Source: Eledone cirrhosa
Lineage: Eukaryota
NCBI GenBank assembly: GCA_964016885.1
Contig: OZ024746.1
Location: 49,104,001 to 49,168,000 of the forward strand
Reading direction: 5' to 3'
Length of the DNA stretch: 64,000 nt
The notes under the pieces were generated by a model. It ran no database searches. It had not been told where the DNA came from and saw only the letters and a program-made list of their open reading frames with translations. Position 1 is the first letter of the stretch, and every line of letters starts with the position of its first letter. Both the position numbers and the translations under genes were made by a program. Of this stretch, positions 53,485 to 64,000 are shown piece after piece.

Positions 53485-54159
53485 TATAATCAATGATGTA
53501 ACCAGTTACATTTGTTGTATATTTCATTTCCAGAATAGACGAAGAATCGTGTCAGACACTTTTGCTTCTTTTTGATAGTTCATAACTATAAACGAAATCA
53601 AATCGACTACATGAAATAAAGCTACAAAGAGAGCAAGCGAGGGAGAGGAGGAAGAGGAGAGATAGAGACATAGAAAGATGGACTGAAAGAGAGAAAGAGA
53701 TTCACAGAGAGAAAGATTGTGTGAGTGGGGGAAATTATGACTGTAGAAAGGCGGTGTACTGCGGATATGACGAAGAAATGTAAAGTACGAATAAATCAAG
53801 ACATAAATCAGAGAGCATTACTAAATAGTAATTCATTTTACAAATCGATAAGGAGGATGACAAAAAAGAAAAAAAGACTGGATCGAGAAACGAGATCAGT
53901 GGGAGGACGAACGAATAAAATAGAGAGAGAGACAGGCATAGATAGAGAGACAAATAGAACGAGAGAGGGAGCGAGAGGGAGAGGAGTAGAGACAGAGAGA
54001 GAGAAAGTGAACGAGAGAGTGAGGGGGAGAGAGAGAGAGAAAGAGAGGGAGAGAGAGAGAGAAAGAGAACGAGAGAGAAAGGGATAGAGAGAGATAGAGA
54101 GAGAGAGAAAGAGAACGAGAGAGAGAGGGAGAGAGAGAGAGAAAGAGAACGAGAGAGAA

Positions 54160-54203
<44 letters not shown>

Positions 54204-54708
54204 GAATATGAATTCATGAATGAAGTAAAATAGGGAATCAGCTAAAGTGAATAAGAAATATTGATTTGTAAAATAGAAGAAAAAGGACATAAACTTTAAG
54301 GATAAGTTATAGTCGATTACATCGCTTGCAGTACTTAATGTTATCGACCTCTGAAGACTGAAAAGCAAAGCAGGGACAATCTCATAGCAATACAGTATTT
54401 GACGGTATACATGTATGTATAATTTGCTAATTCTTGGCGGAGTCGTAGGAGCACCGTAGTAAAATACGACGTGTCTTAGGCATTTTAATCCTAGCAGAGA
54501 CCATCATCTCACCAAGTATGACCACAGCTGGTTTCTTCTAGAGAAGGGAAGAGAGAGATATAGATATATATCTTTCTTTATTTACAACAAGGGCGTACAA
54601 AAAAATGGGAAATTTCAAGACGTGAACGCGGGGATTTTACATAAAATCATATAACTTTAACATTAATAAATAACAATAAACTATATATAAAATAAAATAT
54701 AATATATA

Positions 54709-54740
<32 letters not shown>

Positions 54741-55170
54741 AGAGAGAGAGAGAGAGAGACCGAGAGAGAGAGGGAGAGAGAGAGAGAGAGACAGAGAGAG
54801 ATGGAGAGAGAGAGATGAAAAGAAGTGGAAAACAAGATAGTGTAAAACAGAACAAAACAGAGACACAAAGTAACAATAAACATAGTCACTGAGGAGGTCA
54901 TACAATGTGTGAAGTAAAAAGTTTTGACAATCAACAATTAAACAACCATATTTCTTGCATATCTCCTAGATAGTTGTCCAGCCTTCTCTGTAAATGTAAC
55001 AGCTCTACTCTTTCACGATACTCTAAAAGCCAGGAATATTTAAGCACCCCCTCGCATATATGCACTTCGTATTGCGGGTCACCAGATTAATATTTTTATT
55101 AAAGCGAAAATTGAATCTAGATGAATTGGAATTTATATATATATGTATATATATATATAGAGAGAGAGAG

Positions 55171-55887
55171 GTAGAACACTGGAAGGTAATATCCGTAGTG
55201 GTAGAGCACTCAGTCCATGGGACGAGTTAGGTAGAGGTGGTTACACAACAGTTAGTTCACCATATCGAGAACAATTGTTTCACCTTAGCTGATCCTCAGC
55301 TCGTAATGGACATGGTTATATGGAACAGGAAGGACAACCCTATGAAAATGCATGCGCAGAAACGGTCACTTCACCCAGGCAATACAAAATTGCGTGCGAG
55401 GTGTAAGGGAGATAAATGCGAAAGTCCGAAAATTTCTAGTTGATAAGAAAATTAGGATGTTGTTGTAATTCAATCCCAAGCTTTGTAGTTATGTAAGAGG
55501 TGTTTCCAGACGTGTAGACAACGTGTGAAGAATTCATTCCTTGAGTTTAGGCAAATTGCCTAAACTCAAGAAATGAATTCTACACGTCTCGAAACACCTC
55601 TTACATAACTACAAAGCTCCGGATTGAATTACAACAACATCCTAATTTTCTTATCAACTAGAAACTTTCGGACTTTCGCAGTTAAATCCCTTACACCTCT
55701 CGCACGCAATTTTGTATTGCCTGGGAGAAGTGACCGTTTTGCGCATGCGCGTTCATACGGTTGTCCTCCCTGTTCCGTATAACCATGTCCATTACGAGCT
55801 GAGGATCCGATAAGGTGAAACAAGTGTTCTCGGTATGGTGAACTAACTATTGTGTAATCACTTCTATATATATATATATATATATAT

Positions 55888-55925
<38 letters not shown>

Positions 55926-55990
55926 AGCGGTAGAACACTGGAAGGTAATATCCGTAGTGGTAGAGCACTCAGTCCATCGGACGAGTTAGG
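55171..55990. repeat. 61-bp direct repeats (55171-55231, 55930-55990) bracketing the foldback element
   Basis: GTAGAACACTGGAAGGTAATATCCGTAGTGGTAGAGCACTCAGTCCATSGGACGAGTTAGG. Confidence 0.92.
55232..55866. mobile_element. ~635-bp foldback (almost wholly palindromic) MITE-like element
   Basis: Left arm TAGAGGTGGTTACACAACAGTTAGTTCACC... mirrors right arm ...GGTGAACTAACTATTGTGTAATCACTTCTA; centre AGGCAAATTGCCT at 55549-55561; arms moderately diverged. Confidence 0.85.
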
Positions 55991-56013
55991 AGGATCCGTA
56001 AGCTGAAACAATT

Positions 56014-56095
<82 letters not shown>

Positions 56096-56096
<1 letters not shown>

Positions 56097-56591
56097 CTTT
56101 AGGTTTGTTGGTTCACCACTGGATAGAACTGGTCATACCGTATGGTCAATCTTAGTGTATTGAAGAGAGTACTCAACGTAGTGCAGTTCACCTGTCTTCG
56201 TTTGTGTAGTTGGTGGTGCGAATATGGAGTGTGACCCTTACGCTGACTTCTTTCTTCCTTTTTTTCTTCTTTCTTCGTTTCTTTCTTTCTTCCCTTTTTT
56301 CTTTGACGGAGGGGTGGTAGTGCATTATAAGCCTTCGCCCCCTCACCAGATGGTCATTAGTAGATTCAGTTGCCATCACTTTGAGGGCGACTGGTCGAGG
56401 TGAAGGCAGCTAGTTGGTCAGTCGTCCTCTTTGTCTGTCTCTGATTTTTCGGACTCATGGTTTTTTATACATTTCTTTGTTACATTCCAATACCTGATGA
56501 TATCACCGGATTCATATGGAACCCGGTCATTGAAATGATCATAGTATAATAAACCTTTCAAGGATTTACACCAGTCAAGCCTCCTGTTATT

Positions 56592-56598
<7 letters not shown>
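56096..56598 (+). mobile_element. Non-coding ~500-bp hammerhead-bearing element between (TA)n tracts
   Basis: (TA)n on both sides; hammerhead plus AATAAA near the 3' end. Confidence 0.65.
56490..56547 (+). ncRNA. Type I hammerhead ribozyme motif
   Basis: ATAC-CTGATGA-TATC-ACCGG..CCGGT-CATT-GAAA-TGATCA-TA^GTAT: stem I ATAC/GTAT, palindromic stem III ATGATCAT. Confidence 0.75.
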
Positions 56599-56663
<65 letters not shown>

Positions 56664-57077
56664 AGTGTAATTTTCTACACAAAACGAAGGTTATAGAGAA
56701 AATTGAGGTTGGTAATGGCACATGGAATATATAAGAGACAGAATACTTTTTTGTGAAAAAACATAATTTTATAAGGTAAGGAAATAATAAAGGGTATAAA
56801 AAATGACCGGTTTCGATGGGTCTGCAAAAGCCATCTTTTCAAATGTTGATTAATATTAAGAAAAATTAATAATACGAAGAGTTAAAATTTGAGACTTGAA
56901 AATTCAAGTATAAAATTCATTGTGGGATTTCATAGCAGTTTTCATCTAGGTAGCAACAACAGGTTGACTGCTGTGTCCCTTTCTGGTAGTGAATGAGAAG
57001 TTATTTGGGGTGTGGGTTATTTTATAAAGGTCAGATTTAGCAATAGCCAGCTGCTGGTCAGTGAGGGGGTGGAAGCA

Positions 57078-57752
<675 letters not shown>

Positions 57753-57977
57753 TATATTTTTTCCATAATATAAGAAGTTGGGGCAGTGAAATTAAAATAA
57801 TTCTGTGTGCGCATATATATATAGATATACGTGTGTGCACGTGCAGGGTTTAACATGGATGTGTTGGTCACACAAAGGCATGGTCTGTCAATGAATAAAC
57901 CTGATTCTACAGAATTGGTCTCTGGTCTTTAATAGTAGTGATTCCGTGCGTATGTGTGTTTATATTTTATGACAATT

Positions 57978-59720
57978 CTATTGGGGTGATAACCCGTTTA
58001 GTTTTGGTTTAAATTTGTTAAGGAATAGATTTTCTTTGTTTATTCTTTGTTGTTGTGTGAACGAATCTGAGCACTTGTAGAAGGGGAAGATTTTAAAGTT
58101 GGGTAGTGTCATTCCTGCGCAGTTCGCAATATGGCTGCTCAAGGGGATTTTTCTTGTGTTAGCGTCCCGGATTTGTTGGCGGTGGATGGTCATTCTTTTG
58201 CGTAATGAGGTGCCCGTCTGTCCTATGTAGTTGTGTTTGCACCCACCGCAAGTTATTGCGTAAATCAAGTTCTCCGAGTTGCAGGTGAAATTGTTTTTTA
58301 CTGTAAATGTTTGGCCATCTTTGAATGTAAATGTTTGTCCTTCAGTGAGGTAGAGGCACGTTCCACAGTTTGTTCTACCACATTTGGTAACTGTAGGGTT
58401 GAGGATTGGTTTGGGTATATTTGGTCCAGTGAGAATGCGTTTAAGTGATTTGGGTTGTCTTTTACTTTTAAGGATCTTGTGTGTTTCAAGAATAGACTTC
58501 ATTTTTACATCTTTAAGTAGGATGGGGAGGTTTTTGTGTAGGTGATCAAACATTTCGGTATTTCTGGGGTTGAAAGTGGATACATATGGCAGGGTGTTGA
58601 GTGTGGTTTTCTGTTTTGGATTGTTAAGTTGATGGGGATTTAGGTGTTTTGCCCTGTCTATTCCATTGTTGATTATTTCAAGTGGAAAGGCTCTTAAGAT
58701 AAGGGTGTCTTTTAGTTCCTTTAGTCTTTGCTCCCGTTTAGGTGGATCTGATACTATGGTACATATACGTTTGGCCAAATTGTAAGGAATGTTAAGTTTT
58801 GTATGTTTTGGGTGACTTGATGTGAAAAAGAGGTATTGCTTGGAATCTGTGGGTTTATAGAATATATCTGTATCTAATTTCCCGTCTATTACAGAGATGA
58901 GAATATCCAAGAAGGCTAATTCCTTAGGATTGGATTCCATTGTGAATTGTATGTTATTATCTATGTTGTTTATCATGTTTTTAAACGTAGTAAGTGAGTT
59001 CATGTCTTCTTGCCATAGGATAAAGCAGTCGTCTAGATATCTTTTCCAATTGGCTTTGAGGTGTGTGTGGAAAGAGTCTCCAAATAAGAGAAGGGACTGA
59101 CTGTATATTTGTTGTTCATGGAATCCCATGACTAGGTTGGCATATGTGGGTGCTACTTTCGTGCCCATTGCCGTACCTGATACTTGTCTGTATGTTGAAC
59201 CATTGAATGTGAAGTAGTTATTTTGTAGGATAAAGCGGAGTCCGTCAGTGATAAAATCTGTGTTGATGCGTGTCGGTATTTCTGATGGGTGTGTGTTAAG
59301 CCAGTATTGGACTGCTGTTATTCCATAGTTGTGAGGTATGTTTGTGTAGAGGTTTATTACGTCAAAGGAGACAAGAATTGTATTTGCACTTACTGTTTTA
59401 GGGAGGTGTTTCAGCATGTCAAGGTCATCTCGTATGTAGCTCTGTATATGTTGTAGAAAGGGTTTCAGTAGGATGTCCAGAAAGTTGCTAAGTCTGTGGG
59501 TTTCACATGTAGGGCCTGCTATAATTGGCCTGAGTTTTAGGTCTTCTGGTGGTGTTAGTTCAATGTAATTGTTGGTTGAGGTGTCACATGCATCGTTTAT
59601 GGGTTTACATTTGTGAAGTTTCGGTAAGCCGTAAAAAGAGCTTGTATTGCATTTGAAGTGGCTTATATAGTTAAACTCTTTTGTGGTTAAGCTGTTGCGG
59701 TATTTATTCAGTAAGGTCAA
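57978..59720 (-). CDS. PLE-2 reverse transcriptase + Cys-linker + GIY-YIG endonuclease (Neptune-type), N-terminally truncated
   Basis: 580 aa without stops: FYGLPKLHK, LRPII, SFDVINLYTNIP, GTAMGTKVAPTYANL, WKRYLDDCF, FLDI, YKPTD, KCGRTNCGTC, NLIYAITCGGC..YIGQT..RKRMTIH. Confidence 0.93.
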   Translation of the reverse strand: MTLLNKYRNSLTTKEFNYISHFKCNTSSFYGLPKLHKCKPINDACDTSTNNYIELTPPEDLKLRPIIAGPTCETHRLSNFLDILLKPFLQHIQSYIRDDLDMLKHLPKTVSANTILVSFDVINLYTNIPHNYGITAVQYWLNTHPSEIPTRINTDFITDGLRFILQNNYFTFNGSTYRQVSGTAMGTKVAPTYANLVMGFHEQQIYSQSLLLFGDSFHTHLKANWKRYLDDCFILWQEDMNSLTTFKNMINNIDNNIQFTMESNPKELAFLDILISVIDGKLDTDIFYKPTDSKQYLFFTSSHPKHTKLNIPYNLAKRICTIVSDPPKREQRLKELKDTLILRAFPLEIINNGIDRAKHLNPHQLNNPKQKTTLNTLPYVSTFNPRNTEMFDHLHKNLPILLKDVKMKSILETHKILKSKRQPKSLKRILTGPNIPKPILNPTVTKCGRTNCGTCLYLTEGQTFTFKDGQTFTVKNNFTCNSENLIYAITCGGCKHNYIGQTGTSLRKRMTIHRQQIRDANTRKIPLSSHIANCAGMTLPNFKIFPFYKCSDSFTQQQRINKENLFLNKFKPKLNGLSPQ

Positions 59721-59926
59721 AAGGTTTGCTAAATCTGACCTTTATAAAATAACCCACACCCCAAATAACTTCTCATTCACTACCAGAAAGGGACACAGCA
59801 GTCAACCTGTTGTTGCTACCTAGATGAAAACTGCTATGAAATCCCACAATGAATTTTATACTTGAATTTTCAAGTCTCAAATTTTAACTCTTCGTATTAT
59901 TAATTTTTCTTAATATTAATCAACAT

Positions 59927-59964
59927 TTGAAAAGATGGCTTTTGCAGACCCATCGAAACCGGTC
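59927..59964 (+). ncRNA. Core-mutated hammerhead motif in PLE-2 pLTR (mirror copy 56805-56842, minus)
   Basis: TTGAAAA-GATGG-CTTTTGCAGAC-CCATC-GAAA-CCGG-TC: stems II and III intact, CUGANGA box altered. Confidence 0.55.
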
Positions 59965-60974
59965 ATTTTTTATACCCTTTATTATTTCCTTACCTTATAA
60001 AATTATGTTTTTTCACAAAAAAGTATTCTGTCTCTTATATATTCCATGTGCCATTACCAACCTCAATTTTCTCTATATATATATATATATATAATTACTC
60101 CATCTGTAAGCTTATTGTAATAACAATGCAAATATATTCATAATAGACTATATACAGAACCAATTTCGCCCATTACACCATACAAATCTCCAGCATCATC
60201 ATTGACACAACTACCAATAGTTATATCGCTTTTCTTACCACTATTTATTTATATTTCCACTAACACCATATGTAACATTAACCGGACCACCATCACCACC
60301 AAAACTACAAAACAACAAAAACAAAAACACACTCATCGCTATTTTCTTAAATGGTTTCATATATATTATTCGTAATTGCTTCATACTTCAACATTTCTGT
60401 TATTTTCCAGAAAATATATTTTCCTGGCGTAATTCATTGCCAATTATCAACTTTATCATCTTTTACGACAAAACATTGTCCAGCCAATTAAGACACTCTA
60501 ACGCTGTATCTCAACCTATTAAAATAGCAGCCAAATCACCCACAAACCACATCTACCGTCTCTCATTATAATTCTGTCGGACTGGTGCGAAATAATAACA
60601 CATTATACAATGGAACTCCTCTACACAGTGATTTCAACAGCTACAAATATAGTAGTCTTATCTTCAATTATCAGATTTAAAAGATGGACACATGATTCGA
60701 ACGTCTTTCATCATTAGTCCCTTGGGATGTGCCGTACCTAAGTTTAAGCAACGCACACGACACATCATTCAATGAGGGATTCTCAATGGAGAGCGTCGTC
60801 ATCCTAGAAATAGCAGACGAATATCTCTCAAAACACACCATACCAGCTTTAAAAAGAAATGGAGGGCGCTAGATGGACTATAGCCAATCTTAGAATGATT
60901 TTACTCGGTAAGAGCTGACTAAATATTAAACAACTGCAACTAAAACTGCGAATAATAATGGTTCCCCTTTATTT

Positions 60975-61310
60975 AATGTTTTCTAACCTAGGTCCAAGGC
61001 CTGCAATTTGTGGCAAGGGATAAGACAATCATAACGACACCAGTACGTTATTGATACTTTATTTTATTGGCCCCTAAAGGGCGAAAGGTAAAGTTGGCAT
61101 CGGCGTGATTTGAACTTACAATTCTGCCAATTCGCCGTCTTTAGAAATGGTTTCTGATTTAGGCACGATGTCAACCATTTTGGGGAAGGGTAAAGTCGGT
61201 TGAATTAACCCTAGCACATTACTAACATTTTATTTTATCGACCTATAAGGATGAAAGGTAAATCTAACCTCGGTGGGATTTGAACTCAGTACTTAAAGGG
61301 TTGTGGTTAA
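60975..61310 (-). mobile_element. Two older tandem SINE copies
   Basis: Diverged matches to TTTTATCGACC..AAGGATGAAAGG..GGATTTGAACT at ~60975-61140 and ~61146-61310. Confidence 0.75.
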
Positions 61311-61409
61311 AACATACAGATTCTGTGCTATCTTATTTGGTTCATCACTGGAACTACTCCTTTCTTGTATTATATTGTAAGTGGGTGAGAATTCCACAGA
61401 TACTTATAT

Positions 61410-61611
61410 AATATTTAGGCTGTGTCCCGTGGCAGTGGAGACTTCTAGTGTCATTGGCCCTAGGGTTACCTCCCTATTCACCACCATAGGCGCTGAGCTT
61501 GTCAGCCACAGGTGTGAGCCTCGCGAGCTGGAATGTCTCTTCCAGCGCATCTCTCTTACCATCCTCCGGGGAAGCGCCTTCTCCATTATGTGCACCAGGG
61601 CATCAATATGA
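61410..61611 (+). pseudogene. 3' fragment of a CRE-clade-like RLE LINE ORF
   Basis: CPVAVETSSVIGP..EPRELECLFQRISLTILRGSAFSI resembles the P-x-x-x-ET-x-G-x-x-G...QR-x-S-x-x-x-x-RGNA C-terminus recalled for CRE-type endonuclease domains. Confidence 0.6.
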
Positions 61612-62579
61612 TTACTTAACCCTTTCATTTCCATATTTCTAATCCTATACCTACACACAGTGTTTTATGTCTCAGTACTATCATATATTTTGGTTTCTAT
61701 TAATTCCCGTATATATGAATATATATATATAGGGAGAGAGAGAGAGGGAGGATGGGTGGATGGATGGATGGATACAGGATTACATAAATTCCACACACTT
61801 TGAAAGCAGGATCACTAGCTATAACTAGTACAACCAAATCCTGGGAACAATAGCATGAGGTAAAAATATTCACATCGTGTCAGATCTATTTATTTCATAT
61901 ATATTCTTTCAAATTAATCGTATTTACAATGAATTGTTGTTCACTTACTGTTGCTATTGTTTATCTGTCAATATATACTGTAGTAAAGGTTTGGTAGAAA
62001 TTTCCAAGGGTGAGAGCACTCAGTCCGTAGGACGAGTTTAGTTGCAACAGTGACAGGCTGAATGAGTTGGGGTCCAGAACCCAACGAAACTTAAGTACCT
62101 GTATATCTCACTGTTGTAACTACATATATATATATACATATATGTGTGTGTGTGTGCGTGTGTGTGCGTGTGTGTGTGTGTGTAGTTAATAAATGAAACA
62201 AACAAAACACATATATTTACCTGATTGTGATCTCGTGTTACGAACGAAAACGAATGAGATCTCGATATAAACAGATGGTTGATATATATGTTTTCATGTA
62301 TGGTATTAGTAATACACTCAAACCACTGCAAGTGTCATATACATTGTTAACAGAATTACGTCCATTATCAAAATTGATGGTTAGACTTGATAAAATATAA
62401 GTAAATGTTCTGAAAATGGAGAATAAGTTCTGTTTGCCAATAATGTCAATGACACCGGAAGATGTTTCAGGGTATTACAAATATTATGTGTTAGAATATA
62501 TATATATATTATTAAAATAACAGATTAAAGTTTAAGCAAAGAATCGCTGCTTTGGATTAAACTTCAAATTTATTATTAT

Positions 62580-62632
<53 letters not shown>

Positions 62633-62635
62633 TAT

Positions 62636-62684
<49 letters not shown>

Positions 62685-62685
<1 letters not shown>

Positions 62686-64000
62686 TTCTTTATTAGCCAC
62701 AGGGGCACAAAAGAAGGGGACAAATACAAAGGGGGAAGTTTCCATACAATAAAAACGTGTAAAATGTTATCACAAATGGAATTTAAAAATTAGTCGATTT
62801 TCCCCAATAGAGGGAGACAGTTTATATGGGTAACACATACCCCCGAAAAAAAATGTGAAACCCTCATCTCCAGGAGTACGAAGAGCTTGTACTCCTTTCC
62901 TCTCCTCCTCCTTTTCCTCAACCTACAGGCTGATATAGAGAGAAGGCCCATTTACTCGGGCCATTCTCGCCACTTTCACCCACCTTTCATAAAACTTGCT
63001 GGGGTACAGCACCTCTCTCTCCATCCTGATTCTTCTTCCAAAGTGGTATTTGAAAAAAAGAATCAGTTGTTGGCCGGAGAGAAAGGTGTCTGACCTCAGT
63101 CCTTTCAACCTTGTCCACCATACAACCTCTTTCGCCATAGCTATCACACAAAGGAAAACCGCCTCTCCTTCGTTTTTGAAGGAGGGTGGCGGTTTGATCA
63201 TGATAATGGACTCGGTGGTCAACTGGATTGGTCCCACCCGCGACAATAGTCGTTCTACATAGCCCCACAGGTCAGTGACGCCCGGGCAGTGTATGAATGC
63301 GTGCGCGACGGTTTCTTCGTCTCGCACGCACCTCGGACAGATCTTTTTTGCAGGGTCCCTGCCCGGGCGCCCATGTCTGTAGAGCTTGTCTCGAACTGGT
63401 AGAGCTCCTCGGTAGCACTGCCAGGCCAGGGACTTTTGGAAGTTGTCCATCGGTCCCGGGCGGAAGGTCCTACCGAACAGACTGGCCAGTTCATCTTCCT
63501 CTACGCCTAGAGTTTCACCGAGCGCGTCGTCGCACTTGCTGCGGACCAACCCTCTATAGAATGACGAAGTGGAGTCTCCACTGATCGCCGGGTCCGCCTG
63601 CCAGAGGGCTGTGAGCGGCTGAGCACATTTGATGTGCCAGTCGCCCAGTTTCCTCGGTCTTTGCTTGACCCAGGACTGCAGCTCGGTCAGCGAGACGAGT
63701 CGTGGGAAGGCTCGCCTCACGAACGGGGCCCACACCGGTTGTCCGGTGAGGAATACGTAGAGATGCCGCAGCCTGAGCGCGTGTTTGCGCATCGTCAACC
63801 ACGGCATCCCCAGCACCTTAGAAGGGTGTTGGCAGCAGATGGATCTTCTCACCAAAGGAGCCCGCCTCTTCCAAAAGAATCGGAAGAGCGCGCGCTCCAT
63901 TTTGGCGAGCGTTTTGGCTGGACAAGGCACGACGGTCAAGCGGTAGTAGATGGCGGACGCTATAAAAGTGTTCGCCACCTCCGCTCGACCTTTCAAGGAT
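62685..64000 (-). mobile_element. Tx1/L1-clade LINE 3' portion (runs off the window end), 3' end abutting (GATA)n
   Basis: Same family as 14214-15180; terminal GTGGCTAATAAAGAAA(TCTA)n on minus. Confidence 0.88.
62923..63996 (-). CDS. Tx1-type ORF2 C-terminal region (post-RT plus CCHC zinc knuckle), partial
   Basis: KGRAEVANTFIASAIYY..LFRFFW..LGMP..LAWQCYRGALPV..CPRC..ETVAHAFIHC; 357 aa open. Confidence 0.85.
   Translation of the reverse strand: MKGRAEVANTFIASAIYYRLTVVPCPAKTLAKMERALFRFFWKRRAPLVRRSICCQHPSKVLGMPWLTMRKHALRLRHLYVFLTGQPVWAPFVRRAFPRLVSLTELQSWVKQRPRKLGDWHIKCAQPLTALWQADPAISGDSTSSFYRGLVRSKCDDALGETLGVEEDELASLFGRTFRPGPMDNFQKSLAWQCYRGALPVRDKLYRHGRPGRDPAKKICPRCVRDEETVAHAFIHCPGVTDLWGYVERLLSRVGPIQLTTESIIMIKPPPSFKNEGEAVFLCVIAMAKEVVWWTRLKGLRSDTFLSGQQLILFFKYHFGRRIRMEREVLYPSKFYERWVKVARMARVNGPSLYISL

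Larger units (their letters stand above)
50392..53862 (+). repeat. 3.46-kb inverted duplicate of 43702-47156 (GIY-YIG end + 3' UTR/pLTR copy D + flank)
   Basis: Mirror-image ORF translations (e.g. 46145-46474+ vs 51074-51403-; 43765-44040+ vs 53524-53799-). Confidence 0.97.

Overview
AT-rich, microsatellite-saturated animal non-coding DNA with no recognisable host gene. The SINE type and repeat landscape suggest an octopus/cephalopod genome, which is inference. Most ORFs in the track are artefacts of simple repeats; the recognisable coding content is retrotransposon-derived. (1) A near-intact Penelope-like element (PLE; RT plus C-terminal GIY-YIG; ORF 49037->46553, broken by three 1-nt indels) sits in a 12-kb complex (41899-53862). 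The complex holds four hammerhead-bearing pseudo-LTR copies and a 3.46-kb inverted duplication that includes about 460 bp of non-element flank. (2) A second, Neptune-type PLE (580-aa uninterrupted but 5'-truncated ORF) has inverted pLTRs. (3) There are two long decayed R4/Dong-type RLE LINEs plus a 3' fragment. (4) There are Tx1/L1-type 3' ends next to (GATA)n, a CRE-like fragment, many tRNA-derived SINEs, Helitron-like ends, a ~635-bp foldback palindrome and a 3.4-kb pyrimidine satellite. The most notable patterns are several different minimal hammerhead-ribozyme elements inserted in (TA)n, an apparent partitioning of microsatellite targets among retroelement classes, and repeated snap-back palindromes at insertion junctions. 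All coordinates and alignments were read by eye.
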